Part shown: positions 8,090 through 16,054 of the stretch, piece after piece | How positions within the stretch are numbered: the stretch's first letter is position 1 | Layout: each line of letters opens with the position of its first letter | DNA from: a virus | Lineage: Duplodnaviria; Caudoviricetes | Length of the DNA stretch: 33,352 bases | Direction: 5' to 3' (one strand) | IMG/VR virus record: IMGVR_UViG_3300037420_001055 | Coordinates: 1-33,352 of that record | Translations under genes and position numbers: made by a program | Notes under the pieces: generated by a model | Seen by the model: only the letters and a program-made list of their open reading frames with translations | What the model was told of the DNA's origin: nothing | The model's database searches: none

Positions 8090-9408
8090 TGCGCCTGCTC
8101 CTGTTTCTCCGGCTTCGCGCCGCGGACCTGGCTGAGCGCGATCGCGCGGGCTGCCATGCCGGTGGTGCGGGGCATATAGGTTTCGAGGATCCTTTTGGTA
8201 TCGTCGAGCGTGTGGCCGGTGATCGCTGCGATCAGCTGGTCGGCAATGCCGAGCTCGCCCTGGTAGACGACGGCGGTGCGGCGGAAGTCACGGTACTGCA
8301 GCGCCTCGAGCTCGCCGGCGAGCTCGTCGTCGCCATTCTCCCGGGCGATGTCGATCGCCCATTGGCGGAGCTCGCCGAAGCGGCGGATGAAGCGGCGCTG
8401 GCCGGCTTCCATGTTGGGATGCGTCCAGGGGAGCTTGCTGTCGTCATCGAACAGCAGGCAGGTGACGCCGGCGGCGCGGGCGCGCTCGAACTGGGTTTCG
8501 ATCCGGCGGCGGGTGGCGCCGACGACGGGCACCTCGATCCAGACCTTGCCCTTGCCCTGGCGCAGGCGGATGCCGGCGACGCAGCGGCGCTCATCGAACG
8601 CCTTCGTCGCCTCGGCCAGCTGCTCCCACACCTCGGGGTCCATCTTGTAGTGCGGGATCTCGACATATTGGTTGAGCTGCAGGCGCAGCAGGTCCGCCTC
8701 GCGCTGGCCGATCGAGAAAGCGAGATCGATCGCCAGCTCCATCGATGCGTCGACGTCGGCCGCAACGGCGAGGATCGCCTCGCGCGCGGGGGCCCACCAG
8801 ATCTGGTCGCGCGGCGCCGGCTGCGCCAAAGCGAAGTCGGCGAACGGGTTGCTGGCCCTGGGGACCAGGCGCTGCTGCTCGAGCCAGGAGAAGAGGGTGC
8901 GGCCGACGCGCAACGTCTCGTGCGCGGCGTGGTGGCGGACCTCTCCGGCCCAGCGGCCTTCCTTCGCCGGCAGCATCAGCGCGTCGCGCAGCTTCGCCAC
9001 GCGATCGGCGGTGATCGAGCTCAGCGCGATCCCGCGCCCCCAGGCCTCGAGCGTCCGGCATTTGCTCCGGTACTGGCGCGCCGTTGCGGTCGCGACCTTG
9101 GTCCCCGGTGTCTTGACCGACGGAAAGTCGGCCTCGCGCCATCTGGCGATCGCCTGGTCAAGCGTCAGCGGCCGCTGGGCCCTTCTGAGTTCATTTGGGC
9201 GCAGCTCGGCCGCGCCGTCGACCTCGGCGTTGAGCCGGCGCGCAGCCTCGGCGACCAGCTCGGGAATGTCGTCGGCCGCGCCGCCGGTGCCGAGCGCGCG
9301 CGGGTGCCAGCCCTTTTTGCGCAAGGTCGCGCTCGGCTGCCAGTACCAGCTGGTGAGGCCGCTAAGGTTGGTCTTATGGACCAGGCGGGGGATGCGGATG
9401 GTCGCCAC
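8086..9408 (-). CDS. int: Tyrosine integrase
   Basis: Catalytic residues recognisable: GQR, K (QGKGK), RDFRRT (HxxR variant), TGH and Y (LETY). GGAGG RBS; adjacent to attP. Confidence 0.93.
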   Translation of the reverse strand: MATIRIPRLVHKTNLSGLTSWYWQPSATLRKKGWHPRALGTGGAADDIPELVAEAARRLNAEVDGAAELRPNELRRAQRPLTLDQAIARWREADFPSVKTPGTKVATATARQYRSKCRTLEAWGRGIALSSITADRVAKLRDALMLPAKEGRWAGEVRHHAAHETLRVGRTLFSWLEQQRLVPRASNPFADFALAQPAPRDQIWWAPAREAILAVAADVDASMELAIDLAFSIGQREADLLRLQLNQYVEIPHYKMDPEVWEQLAEATKAFDERRCVAGIRLRQGKGKVWIEVPVVGATRRRIETQFERARAAGVTCLLFDDDSKLPWTHPNMEAGQRRFIRRFGELRQWAIDIARENGDDELAGELEALQYRDFRRTAVVYQGELGIADQLIAAITGHTLDDTKRILETYMPRTTGMAARAIALSQVRGAKPEKQEQAQ

Positions 9409-9464
9409 GAAGACCTCCTAGTGCGCGATCGCCGGCGGGACGATGCGCCGCCGGCGAGTCCGCG

Positions 9465-9809
9465 TCAATCGGCCCGCTGGCCGAGGCAGGAAGCGGCCAC
9501 TTTGTGGATCTTCGCGAGCAGCCCGTCGGGGCTCAGGCTCCCCTTCGTCATGTCGAGCGCGTCGAGGTCCGCGGCGTCCAGGTTGAGCAGCTCGCCGGCG
9601 ATGCTCGCGACCTCGGCCGACGTTTCGCGGCGTTCGTCATCCAAAACCATCAGGACATGCTCTCGGCCGTCAGCGCCGAAGGCTTTGATCTTGCCGTCGT
9701 CCGTTCCGACGATCCGCTTCACCTGGAACTTCCGCGCCTGGGTGATCGATCGAATGGTGATACCGGCGCCGGAGCGGCAGGCTTCCCAAGTCACTTTCGG
9801 TTCGTGCAT
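9465..9809 (-). CDS. Hypothetical protein (114 aa)
   Basis: AGGAGGAG RBS; part of the leftward operon. Confidence 0.65.
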   Translation of the reverse strand: MHEPKVTWEACRSGAGITIRSITQARKFQVKRIVGTDDGKIKAFGADGREHVLMVLDDERRETSAEVASIAGELLNLDAADLDALDMTKGSLSPDGLLAKIHKVAASCLGQRAD

Positions 9810-9902
9810 CTAGGTACTCCTCCTTGGTGTTGGCGGCGGCGGAGGGGGAACAACAGGCAACTCCTCCGCCGCCGATCGCCGGGCAACTGCGCCGGGATTT
9901 CG

Positions 9903-10250
9903 TTACGAGCTGCCCTGCGTTGGAAGCTGTTCGAGCATGGCCTGACGGGCCTCGTGTTCGCCGATCTTGATCGCGGTGCGGAAAGCGACGGTAATGACCT
10001 TCGTCGCTCGCGCCTTGTCCTGCGGCTTCATCTTGCCGAGCGCGATCATATGCCCGACCGTCAAGCCTGCGAACATCGCCCCCGCCGTTGGGATCATGCC
10101 CTGCAGCAGGCCAAATTGCTCGGCATCGCCGGCGGCGTTCAGCATCGGCGCAATGATCCCGCGCATGCGGCCGACCATTTCCTCGAGCAGCTCGCGGTGC
10201 GTTGGGTCATCCATCACATTGAGGACGCCGATCCGGTCAGGGTGGCTCAT
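9903..10250 (-). CDS. Hypothetical protein (115 aa)
   Basis: Start MSHPDR at 10250 overlaps the upstream stop (ATGA). Confidence 0.65.
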   Translation of the reverse strand: MSHPDRIGVLNVMDDPTHRELLEEMVGRMRGIIAPMLNAAGDAEQFGLLQGMIPTAGAMFAGLTVGHMIALGKMKPQDKARATKVITVAFRTAIKIGEHEARQAMLEQLPTQGSS

Positions 10251-11080
10251 GCCGCCTCCGCTTCGTCGTCCTCGAGCATGGCCATGACCTCGAGGATCAC
10301 CTTGCGCAGCGCGGCCGTGCGCGCCGGCGCGCCGAGCACGCCGACCAGGGCGGGATGCGATGCCCACTCGTCGGCCGAGCTCGCGCTGAGCGCTTCGCCC
10401 AGGCAGTGGACGTTGAAGCCGTCGGGCTCTCGCGTGAAAAAGCCGAGGACGGTGCCGAAGATCAGCCCGCTATAGGTGATCACCTGGCCGCGGAACGCCT
10501 CGCCGATCATCACCAGCGCTGCAGCGACCTTGTCGGCGCCGTGCACGCGAAAGGCGGTGTAGAGCGACTTGGTGCAGATCAGCTCACCGGGCTGCAGCGC
10601 CTGTGGTTGCGGCGTCTGCGCGATCGAAAGTCCGGCGGCGGTGACCAGGTGCTCGATCGTGACGGTCGCTTCGTCGCCGCTGGCGACGGCAGCGCGCCAC
10701 ATGTCCATTGCATTGACGCGCACGCGGTGCCGGTTGGCGGCGACGAACAGAGCGGCTTCCTCGGCCGAGCCGGTGTAGTTGCCGACGGCGCAGGGCAAAT
10801 AGAGAATGTCGCCGCGGCGCTTGGCCGCTTCCCAGCGGTGCTGCCCGTCAATGATCCACATGCCGCCCTCGCGGCTCGCGACCAGGAGCGGGGTGCACAG
10901 GCGCCAGTCCCAGCGGGCGGCGATCCCGTCGATCAGCCGCTGCGAATTCTTGCTCTGCGTCCCGCGCTGATAGGAGCGGTCGACGGCCAGGCGCTCGACG
11001 CCAATGAACTGGACCGCTGGCGGTTCGCCGATCGGCGGTTGAAACTTCACGGCCTTGGCCTTGGGGGGGGGGCAGGTCAT
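10247..11080 (-). CDS. ParB/Srx-like N-terminal domain protein
   Basis: LAVDRSYQR...PLLVASR...IIDGQHRWEAA is a ParB-like motif set. Start ATG 11080 is coupled to the upstream stop. Confidence 0.8.
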   Translation of the reverse strand: MTCPPPKAKAVKFQPPIGEPPAVQFIGVERLAVDRSYQRGTQSKNSQRLIDGIAARWDWRLCTPLLVASREGGMWIIDGQHRWEAAKRRGDILYLPCAVGNYTGSAEEAALFVAANRHRVRVNAMDMWRAAVASGDEATVTIEHLVTAAGLSIAQTPQPQALQPGELICTKSLYTAFRVHGADKVAAALVMIGEAFRGQVITYSGLIFGTVLGFFTREPDGFNVHCLGEALSASSADEWASHPALVGVLGAPARTAALRKVILEVMAMLEDDEAEAA

Positions 11081-11625
11081 GCTGCAGCTTTCTCCATTGA
11101 GAGGTTTTGCGCGATCACCACTTCGCCGAGCTCGAGCAGCTCCGCGCGGGTGCCGTCGAAGGCGAAGCCGTGGCGCCAGTAGAGGTCGTGCACCGCCTCG
11201 AGGCGCTCGAGCTGGGCCTTGGCCTGATCGCGGGTCAGGCGGCCCTTTTCGACCTCGGCCGGGTAGCCGTACCGCCGCGCCATGATCTCGCGGCGCATCG
11301 CTTCGACCTTGGCCGTCCAGCTGATCCCGGTTTCGGCACGGAACTCGCCGAGGCGGTCGGAGAGCGTCCAGCCCGCGCCGGCGTGGCCTTCGGCGGCCCA
11401 GCGCAGCATCTCCTCGAGGTCGCGGGCGATGCTCAGCCACACCGCCGCCTGGGCGACGGCGTCCTCCTCGGTGAGCTGACCCTTGGCGATGCGCCCGGGC
11501 GCGGCCGCGGCGAGGCTGTCGAGCGTCCGGCGCACCTCGCCGGCGAGCTGGTCCTGCTCGTCGTGAAACTCGAAATGATAGAGGCGGCGGACGCCAGGCG
11601 TGTAGAGATCGAACGGCTCAAGCAT
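11077..11625 (-). CDS. Hypothetical protein with an internal duplication
   Basis: GAGGAG RBS before ATG 11625; two similar units (PGRIAKGQLTEEDAVAQ / PAEVEKGRLTRDQAKAQ). Confidence 0.65.
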   Translation of the reverse strand: MLEPFDLYTPGVRRLYHFEFHDEQDQLAGEVRRTLDSLAAAAPGRIAKGQLTEEDAVAQAAVWLSIARDLEEMLRWAAEGHAGAGWTLSDRLGEFRAETGISWTAKVEAMRREIMARRYGYPAEVEKGRLTRDQAKAQLERLEAVHDLYWRHGFAFDGTRAELLELGEVVIAQNLSMEKAAA

Positions 11626-11715
11626 GCGCCTGCTCCTCAACGATGAAGCGGCCTGCGGCGTCGGGGAAAAAGCATAAACCCCGACGCCGATCGCCAGCAC
11701 CGCGCTGCGATGTGG

Positions 11716-12030
11716 TCACGCGCCGAGCTCGGTGCGGCCGATGGTCACCGGCTCATAGATCTCGGCGAAGATGTCGGGCTTGCAGGGATAGAGCTCGCCG
11801 GCAGTGCCCTTGATGATCCAGTCGCCCGGGCTGGCGCTGATCATCCCCTCGAGCGTGCCGATGAACACTTGGTCGCCGACGAAGGCAACCTGTCCCGGGT
11901 CGAGTGCGATCGGGGCGTCGGCCAGGTCCTCGCCGACGGCGGCAAGCCACTGCGGCGCGCCGCCGACGATCACTTCGCCGTTCCACTGGACAGCCTCGAC
12001 CTCGACGGGCTTCTTGCGGAACGTGCTCAT
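11716..12030 (-). CDS. Conserved phage protein (RKKPVEVEAVQW...TLEG...GDWII...YPCKPDIF family)
   Basis: Motifs of a widespread phage hypothetical family; AGGAG RBS. Confidence 0.8.
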   Translation of the reverse strand: MSTFRKKPVEVEAVQWNGEVIVGGAPQWLAAVGEDLADAPIALDPGQVAFVGDQVFIGTLEGMISASPGDWIIKGTAGELYPCKPDIFAEIYEPVTIGRTELGA

Positions 12031-12233
12031 GCGACTTTCTCCTGCTGGCGCGACGCAGCGTCGCGGATCTCGGTGAGTTTCTCGATCAAGGTGTCGAGCT
12101 CGGGGCCGGCGGCGACGACGGTGCCGCAGCCGCTAGCCTTGGTGACGGCGAGGTAGGCACCGGGCGTCCAGTGGCAGTGGTCGACCACGAGCACGGCGCC
12201 GCTGACGGTGTGGATGATCACGGAATGCCCCAC
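12027..12233 (-). CDS. Hypothetical protein (68 aa)
   Basis: Overlap-coupled within the leftward operon. Confidence 0.5.
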   Translation of the reverse strand: MGHSVIIHTVSGAVLVVDHCHWTPGAYLAVTKASGCGTVVAAGPELDTLIEKLTEIRDAASRQQEKVA

Positions 12234-12634
12234 AAAGTGGTATGCGGGGGCCCCGATGCCGCGCGCAGCTCCTGAGAAAGGCGCTGGACTGCCGCGTGAA
12301 GCGTTTCACCAGGGCGGCGCTCTGCCGCGGCCGTTTCGGCCATCGCGCGCCGCCATTCGATATTCTCGCGGATCTGTTCCGCCGCTGGGCGGATGCCGGG
12401 ATCGGCCAGCACGCGGCTTTGCGGCGCCGGCACTGGGCGGCCCGCGATGAGCGCCTGGACGCGCTCGATCGTGCGCGGTCCCGGCTGCTGCGCCTGCTGC
12501 AGCTGGCGCACATATTTGGATGGCTGGCTGCTGAGCGGCCTGACAAATTCGCCGAGCGTCACGCCGGCGGCGCGCGAAGCGGTCCAGAGCTGATGCACCA
12601 GGTCCGCACCTGTTGGCCCCCCAGGATGCGTCAT
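12218..12634 (-). CDS. Hypothetical, possibly HTH-like protein (138 aa)
   Basis: ATG 12634 (MTHPGG) overlaps the upstream stop. Confidence 0.55.
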   Translation of the reverse strand: MTHPGGPTGADLVHQLWTASRAAGVTLGEFVRPLSSQPSKYVRQLQQAQQPGPRTIERVQALIAGRPVPAPQSRVLADPGIRPAAEQIRENIEWRRAMAETAAAERRPGETLHAAVQRLSQELRAASGPPHTTLWGIP

Positions 12635-12987
12635 TCCGGGACCTCGACCTGGCAGCGGTCCCACAAGGCGATGAGAATGCCGCCGGCGATCTCGACATAG
12701 CGGAGGCACTGGTCGCGGCGCAGCGGCGGCAGGTTCATGCGACCGATCGGCATGATCTCGGTGAAGGCGTTGAGCCGGTCCTTCGCCGCGTGGGCGAGGA
12801 GCGCGATCGATTTCTCGAGATCCGCCTCCGGCGTGTGACCGTGGGTGACGATCTGGACGGCGCGCTTACGCGCGAAGGCGTCGACGGCGCCCCCGGCCTT
12901 GATCGCTGCGACATGCTCTTCAAGGGGAAGCGGCAGCAAGGGCTCTGCCGCTTCCCCGGCACCGAGCAGGGGCCACTCGGGTTTCAA
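12631..12987 (-). CDS. Hypothetical protein (118 aa)
   Basis: TTGA-coupled start; phage-like codon usage. Confidence 0.6.
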   Translation of the reverse strand: MKPEWPLLGAGEAAEPLLPLPLEEHVAAIKAGGAVDAFARKRAVQIVTHGHTPEADLEKSIALLAHAAKDRLNAFTEIMPIGRMNLPPLRRDQCLRYVEIAGGILIALWDRCQVEVPE

Positions 12988-13157
12988 TTTGACTGCTCCG
13001 GATGGGGATCTCCATGCGTCAGCATGAAGCGTGCGCCGCGACCTTGCCGCGCATTCAGGTGACGGGCGCAGCGTTCCCAGTCGAACGGCTCGCCGCTCAC
13101 CTGTTCGCGCGCGGTCTCGACGAACGCGGCTTCCACATCCTTACCGCTCAGAGGCAT
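12984..13157 (-). CDS. Hypothetical protein (57 aa)
   Basis: AAGGAG RBS before ATG 13157 (MPLSGKD). Confidence 0.5.
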   Translation of the reverse strand: MPLSGKDVEAAFVETAREQVSGEPFDWERCARHLNARQGRGARFMLTHGDPHPEQSN

Positions 13158-13354
13158 GGCGCTCCTTTCACTTTGCGAGGATCCGGCCCTGGCGGCGGGA
13201 TCGGCGCCGAGCGCGGTGTGAAGTCGGCGATCGGGATCAGGCCGGCGCGTTGCTCGAGCTCGGCCGCGGCCTTGCGGATCATCGGCCGGAGATCCTCGGG
13301 GCAGCGGTGCGCGCTGGCGCGCAGGTCCTGCACGAGTTCGCGAAGCCCGTTCAT
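13148..13354 (-). CDS. Hypothetical protein (68 aa)
   Basis: ATGA-coupled within the leftward operon. Confidence 0.55.
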   Translation of the reverse strand: MNGLRELVQDLRASAHRCPEDLRPMIRKAAAELEQRAGLIPIADFTPRSAPIPPPGPDPRKVKGAPCL

Positions 13355-13641
13355 TCCGGCCTGCAGTCGAAAAAGTAGCGAACCGGGAAGGTGCCTTCAT
13401 CGCGCGCGCGGGCGAAGTCTCTCCCGTTTGCGCAGCGGCGGCCCAGTGTGTCGACACAGATCGCGGAGAGCGGGCGGCCGTTGCTGTCTTCCGCCACCGT
13501 CAGGCGTTTTGACGCAAAGCTTACCCAGTCGTCGAAATCTCTGAATTCGCCTTCCCAGCGCGGGACGAGGTTGCATGGCGATGCTTGTCGCGGCCAGGAA
13601 AGCCCTACGCGGATGCCGCGCTCGATTGCGAGCTCGCTCAT
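13351..13641 (-). CDS. Hypothetical phage protein (96 aa)
   Basis: Start MSELAIE at 13641 overlaps the upstream stop. Confidence 0.6.
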   Translation of the reverse strand: MSELAIERGIRVGLSWPRQASPCNLVPRWEGEFRDFDDWVSFASKRLTVAEDSNGRPLSAICVDTLGRRCANGRDFARARDEGTFPVRYFFDCRPE

Positions 13642-13811
13642 AAGAACCAGCTGATCACCCAGGCGGGAACGAGGACGCACAGCATGCCGGCGATAAAGCC
13701 CCCCAGCGCGGCGCCGATGAGCAGCGACGTCAGGAGCGCCTCGGCATTCTCGCCGGCGAGCGCGTCGCCGACGTCCTCGCGAATTCGGTCGAACGTCGTC
13801 CGCATGATCAA
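13638..13811 (-). CDS. 57-aa membrane microprotein
   Basis: Hand translation MIMRTTFDRIREDVGDALAGENAEALLTSLLIGAALGGFIAGMLCVLVPAWVISWFL; overlaps both neighbours by 4 bp. Confidence 0.6.
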   Translation of the reverse strand: MIMRTTFDRIREDVGDALAGENAEALLTSLLIGAALGGFIAGMLCVLVPAWVISWFL

Positions 13812-14191
13812 CGGGCCCCCTGTTGTTGGCGCACGCGCGCTTCGGCGCCGGCGAGCTCACCGGCGCGCGCGTCGAGAAGGTGAGCGTCGCGCGCGGCGTT
13901 GCGATCGTCGGTGACGGTGACCAGGTGCGGCGGAAGGAAGCCGTCGAACCAGGCGTCGACCGCGGTGCGGATCCAGCGGCTGTGCAGGCCGACGCCCTGG
14001 CGGCGCCTCTCGTTGAGGCCGAAGTATGGCAGCGGCTTGGGAAAATGCTCGTTGGCGATCAGTAGCCGCACATAGTTCAGCAGCCAGTCGCCGGACTTGT
14101 CGGAAACGCCGGCGCGGGTCGCGATATACCAGAGCGACACGCCGCCCTGTTGCTCGGCCCTCAGATCATCCCTGGTCGGGACCAGCCCCAT
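13808..14191 (-). CDS. AlpA/excisionase-like DNA-binding protein
   Basis: FPKPL...SRWIRTAVDAWFD resembles the AlpA/Xis winged-helix C-terminal motif; first gene after the leftward promoter. Confidence 0.55.
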   Translation of the reverse strand: MGLVPTRDDLRAEQQGGVSLWYIATRAGVSDKSGDWLLNYVRLLIANEHFPKPLPYFGLNERRRQGVGLHSRWIRTAVDAWFDGFLPPHLVTVTDDRNAARDAHLLDARAGELAGAEARVRQQQGAR

Positions 14192-14221
14192 TTCACCACC
14201 CCCACGAAGATGTGGGCGGCG

Positions 14222-14274
14222 TGGTATTTCCGTTTTGGCTATGTTGTCAAGCGTTACGTTGCCGAAATGGCTAT
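14222..14274 (-). promoter_or_regulatory. Leftward early promoter with two 17-bp operators (OL-like)
   Basis: TTGACA on the minus strand at 14245-14250, flanked by ATTTCCG-ttt-TGGCTAT (14226-14242) and GTTGCCG-aaa-TGGCTAT (14258-14274). Confidence 0.75.
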
Positions 14275-14594
14275 GGTCGCGCTGGGCGGCGTACAATTCC
14301 TCGCGCGACATTCAGGAGCGAACGTCTAAAGAGGCCGTTCATTGCGCGGTAGCAGTCGAGCAACTCCTGTTCCTCAGAAGTAAGAGCTTCAATGATGGCG
14401 GCTGGTGAGGTCCCTAGCGCTTTGGCCCAGATCTCCAGTCGCTCGATCGTCAGGGACAATGGACGTTTGCCATTCTCAATATCGTTGACGTGCGTGTGCG
14501 ACATGGCGACCAGCGCCGCGACGTCGCGAACCGACAGTCCCTTGTCCTTTCGCAGCCTGCGCAGCCGCGAGCCGACTTCCTTTGTGGTGGTCAC
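14271..14594 (-). CDS. XRE-family HTH regulator (second repressor paralogue)
   Basis: RLRRLRKDKGLSVRDVAALVAMSHTHVNDIENGKR HTH; GTGA-coupled to the upstream repressor. Confidence 0.85.
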   Translation of the reverse strand: MTTTKEVGSRLRRLRKDKGLSVRDVAALVAMSHTHVNDIENGKRPLSLTIERLEIWAKALGTSPAAIIEALTSEEQELLDCYRAMNGLFRRSLLNVARGIVRRPARP

Positions 14595-14974
14595 GCAGCG
14601 TCGGCGGTAAGCCGCTCGAGCTCCTCTGGAGAAAGCAGCGCCCTCGCGAGCGCGAGGATCTGCCGTTTCTGCGTCTCGTCGGCCGCGCGGAACATTGAAA
14701 TGAGTGCGTGCTCGGGCCCCTGAAGGCGATCCGGGTTCTGGTGATCAGGCAGCAGATCCGCGGGTGCGACCTCGAGCGCAGCGGCTAGGCGGTCCATCCA
14801 TTGCTGGTCGAGCCCGCGCTTACCCATCTCGACCTTATTGAGCGCGGACGGCGTGACGTTGGCACGTCGCGCGAGCTCAACTTGGGAAATACCCCTCGCC
14901 TCGCGAAGCTCGCGAATGCGGTTCGGGGGTGCGCCATCGTTTGCCACCCGTCGAAGATAAACAATCTGCGACAT
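14591..14974 (-). CDS. cI-like XRE repressor without an S24 peptidase domain
   Basis: NRIRELREARGISQVELARRANVTPSALNKVEMGKR HTH; divergent from the cro-like gene. Start uncertain (ATG 14974 or GTG 14947). Confidence 0.85.
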   Translation of the reverse strand: MSQIVYLRRVANDGAPPNRIRELREARGISQVELARRANVTPSALNKVEMGKRGLDQQWMDRLAAALEVAPADLLPDHQNPDRLQGPEHALISMFRAADETQKRQILALARALLSPEELERLTADAA

Positions 14975-15029
14975 TTCCAAATTGGCATATTGCCATAGTG
15001 GCAATGTAAAAGATAGCCATAATGGAAAT
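14973..15029. promoter_or_regulatory. Three 17-bp operators (OR-like) between the cI-like and cro-like genes
   Basis: ATTTCCA-aat-TGGCATA (14973-14989), perfect palindrome ATTGCCA-tag-TGGCAAT (14989-15005) and ATAGCCA-taa-TGGAAAT (15013-15029), in an AT-rich patch. Confidence 0.8.
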
Positions 15030-15046
15030 TCGGGGGAGTAGCGACG

Positions 15047-15352
15047 GTGACGCTTCGCGAGTGGAGGGAGAAGACGGATCTTAGCCGGCGTGAGCTGGCC
15101 GAGCAGCTTCGCACCGACACCGCCACCATCTTTCGTTGGGAACTTCCGCGGGGCCACGCCGACAAGCGGATCCCGACGGCCGGCTTCATGGACCGGATCT
15201 ATCAAATCACCAAGGGTGAGGTCAGCCCCAACGATTTCTACGACCTGACGCCGATAGGCCAAGCCGAGCTGCCGCTTGAGCCGTCGCCCACGCCGCTGTT
15301 CGACGGCGCAAGCGCTTCCGAAGACGGCCACCAGCTGCAGGCGGCCGCCTGA
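15047..15352 (+). CDS. Cro-like HTH regulator
   Basis: TLREWREKTDLSRRELAEQL..TATIFRWE...RIP...I..IT.GEV.PNDFY; GGGGAG RBS. Confidence 0.85.
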   Translation: MTLREWREKTDLSRRELAEQLRTDTATIFRWELPRGHADKRIPTAGFMDRIYQITKGEVSPNDFYDLTPIGQAELPLEPSPTPLFDGASASEDGHQLQAAA

Positions 15353-15691
15353 TGTTTTGTTGTCCACACATTTCCCCACCTGGGCTGCGTTCGCGCCTCG
15401 CAGCATTCGATCCGGCGCAACAAATTAGGTTACAGCTGCCTTACTGCAGCATTAACCGACGCGGTGCATCCGGCGTTCGCCGTGAAAAAATTTCCGCTGC
15501 GAAGGCAGTCACTTAGCCGTGGCCGGGGGGGTCCTTGAAATTCTCGGCCTGCTCGCGGTGCTCGCCGGCATCGCCGAGCTGCTGACCAGGCTGACCGCGC
15601 CGAAGAAGAGGCGCAGCACCGCTGTCGTCGATCCGCTCTGGCCGCGGCTCGAGCCTGAGGTCGAAGAGCTGCGCCGGAAGGCGTTGCTGTA

Positions 15692-16054
15692 GTGCACGGC
15701 CGCCTCTCCCAGCCCGCTGGCCGGGTGACCCGTGTCGCGGAGCTCGCCAGGGCCCGTGCCTTCCGCGGCCTGACCGAAGAGGATTGCGAGATCTGGTTCG
15801 GTGTCGGCAGCGCGACGCTCGAGCGGATCGAGGCCGGCGAAGTCGAGCCGAGCGACGAGCTCGACCAGCGCATCAACCGTTTCCTAAACGTGGTTGGCGG
15901 GGGTGGTTTCCCCTTTCCCCCGCCCACTCCCGGCTCGTCATTGCAACGCGGCGAGCCCACTGGCGCCGGGGCTGCGGTTGCCCCCGGTCCCGGCGCCAAT
16001 TTTGGAGAAGCATTTGAGGGCGGCCCCATCCACGCCAACCGGGGGACGCTGTGA
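15692..16054 (+). CDS. HTH-like protein (120 aa)
   Basis: LARARAFRGLTEEDCEIWFGVGSATLERIEAG XRE-like HTH; GTGA overlap with the next gene. Confidence 0.6.
   Translation: MHGRLSQPAGRVTRVAELARARAFRGLTEEDCEIWFGVGSATLERIEAGEVEPSDELDQRINRFLNVVGGGGFPFPPPTPGSSLQRGEPTGAGAAVAPGPGANFGEAFEGGPIHANRGTL

Noticed and set aside
7943-8179. 78-aa plus-strand ORF convergent with int
   Set aside because: No RBS and it overlaps the int 3' end; the coupled minus-strand microORFs explain the region better.
8212-10475. Long plus-strand ORFs (533 aa, 323 aa) opposite int and the early genes, and similar antisense ORFs over the portal, terL and capsid
   Set aside because: Shadow ORFs expected in high-GC DNA; the opposite strand has recognisable motifs, RBSs and coupled starts.
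15352-15516. 54-aa ORF overlapping the cro stop (possible cII equivalent)
   Set aside because: Atypical codon usage and no recognisable motif; the region looks more regulatory.
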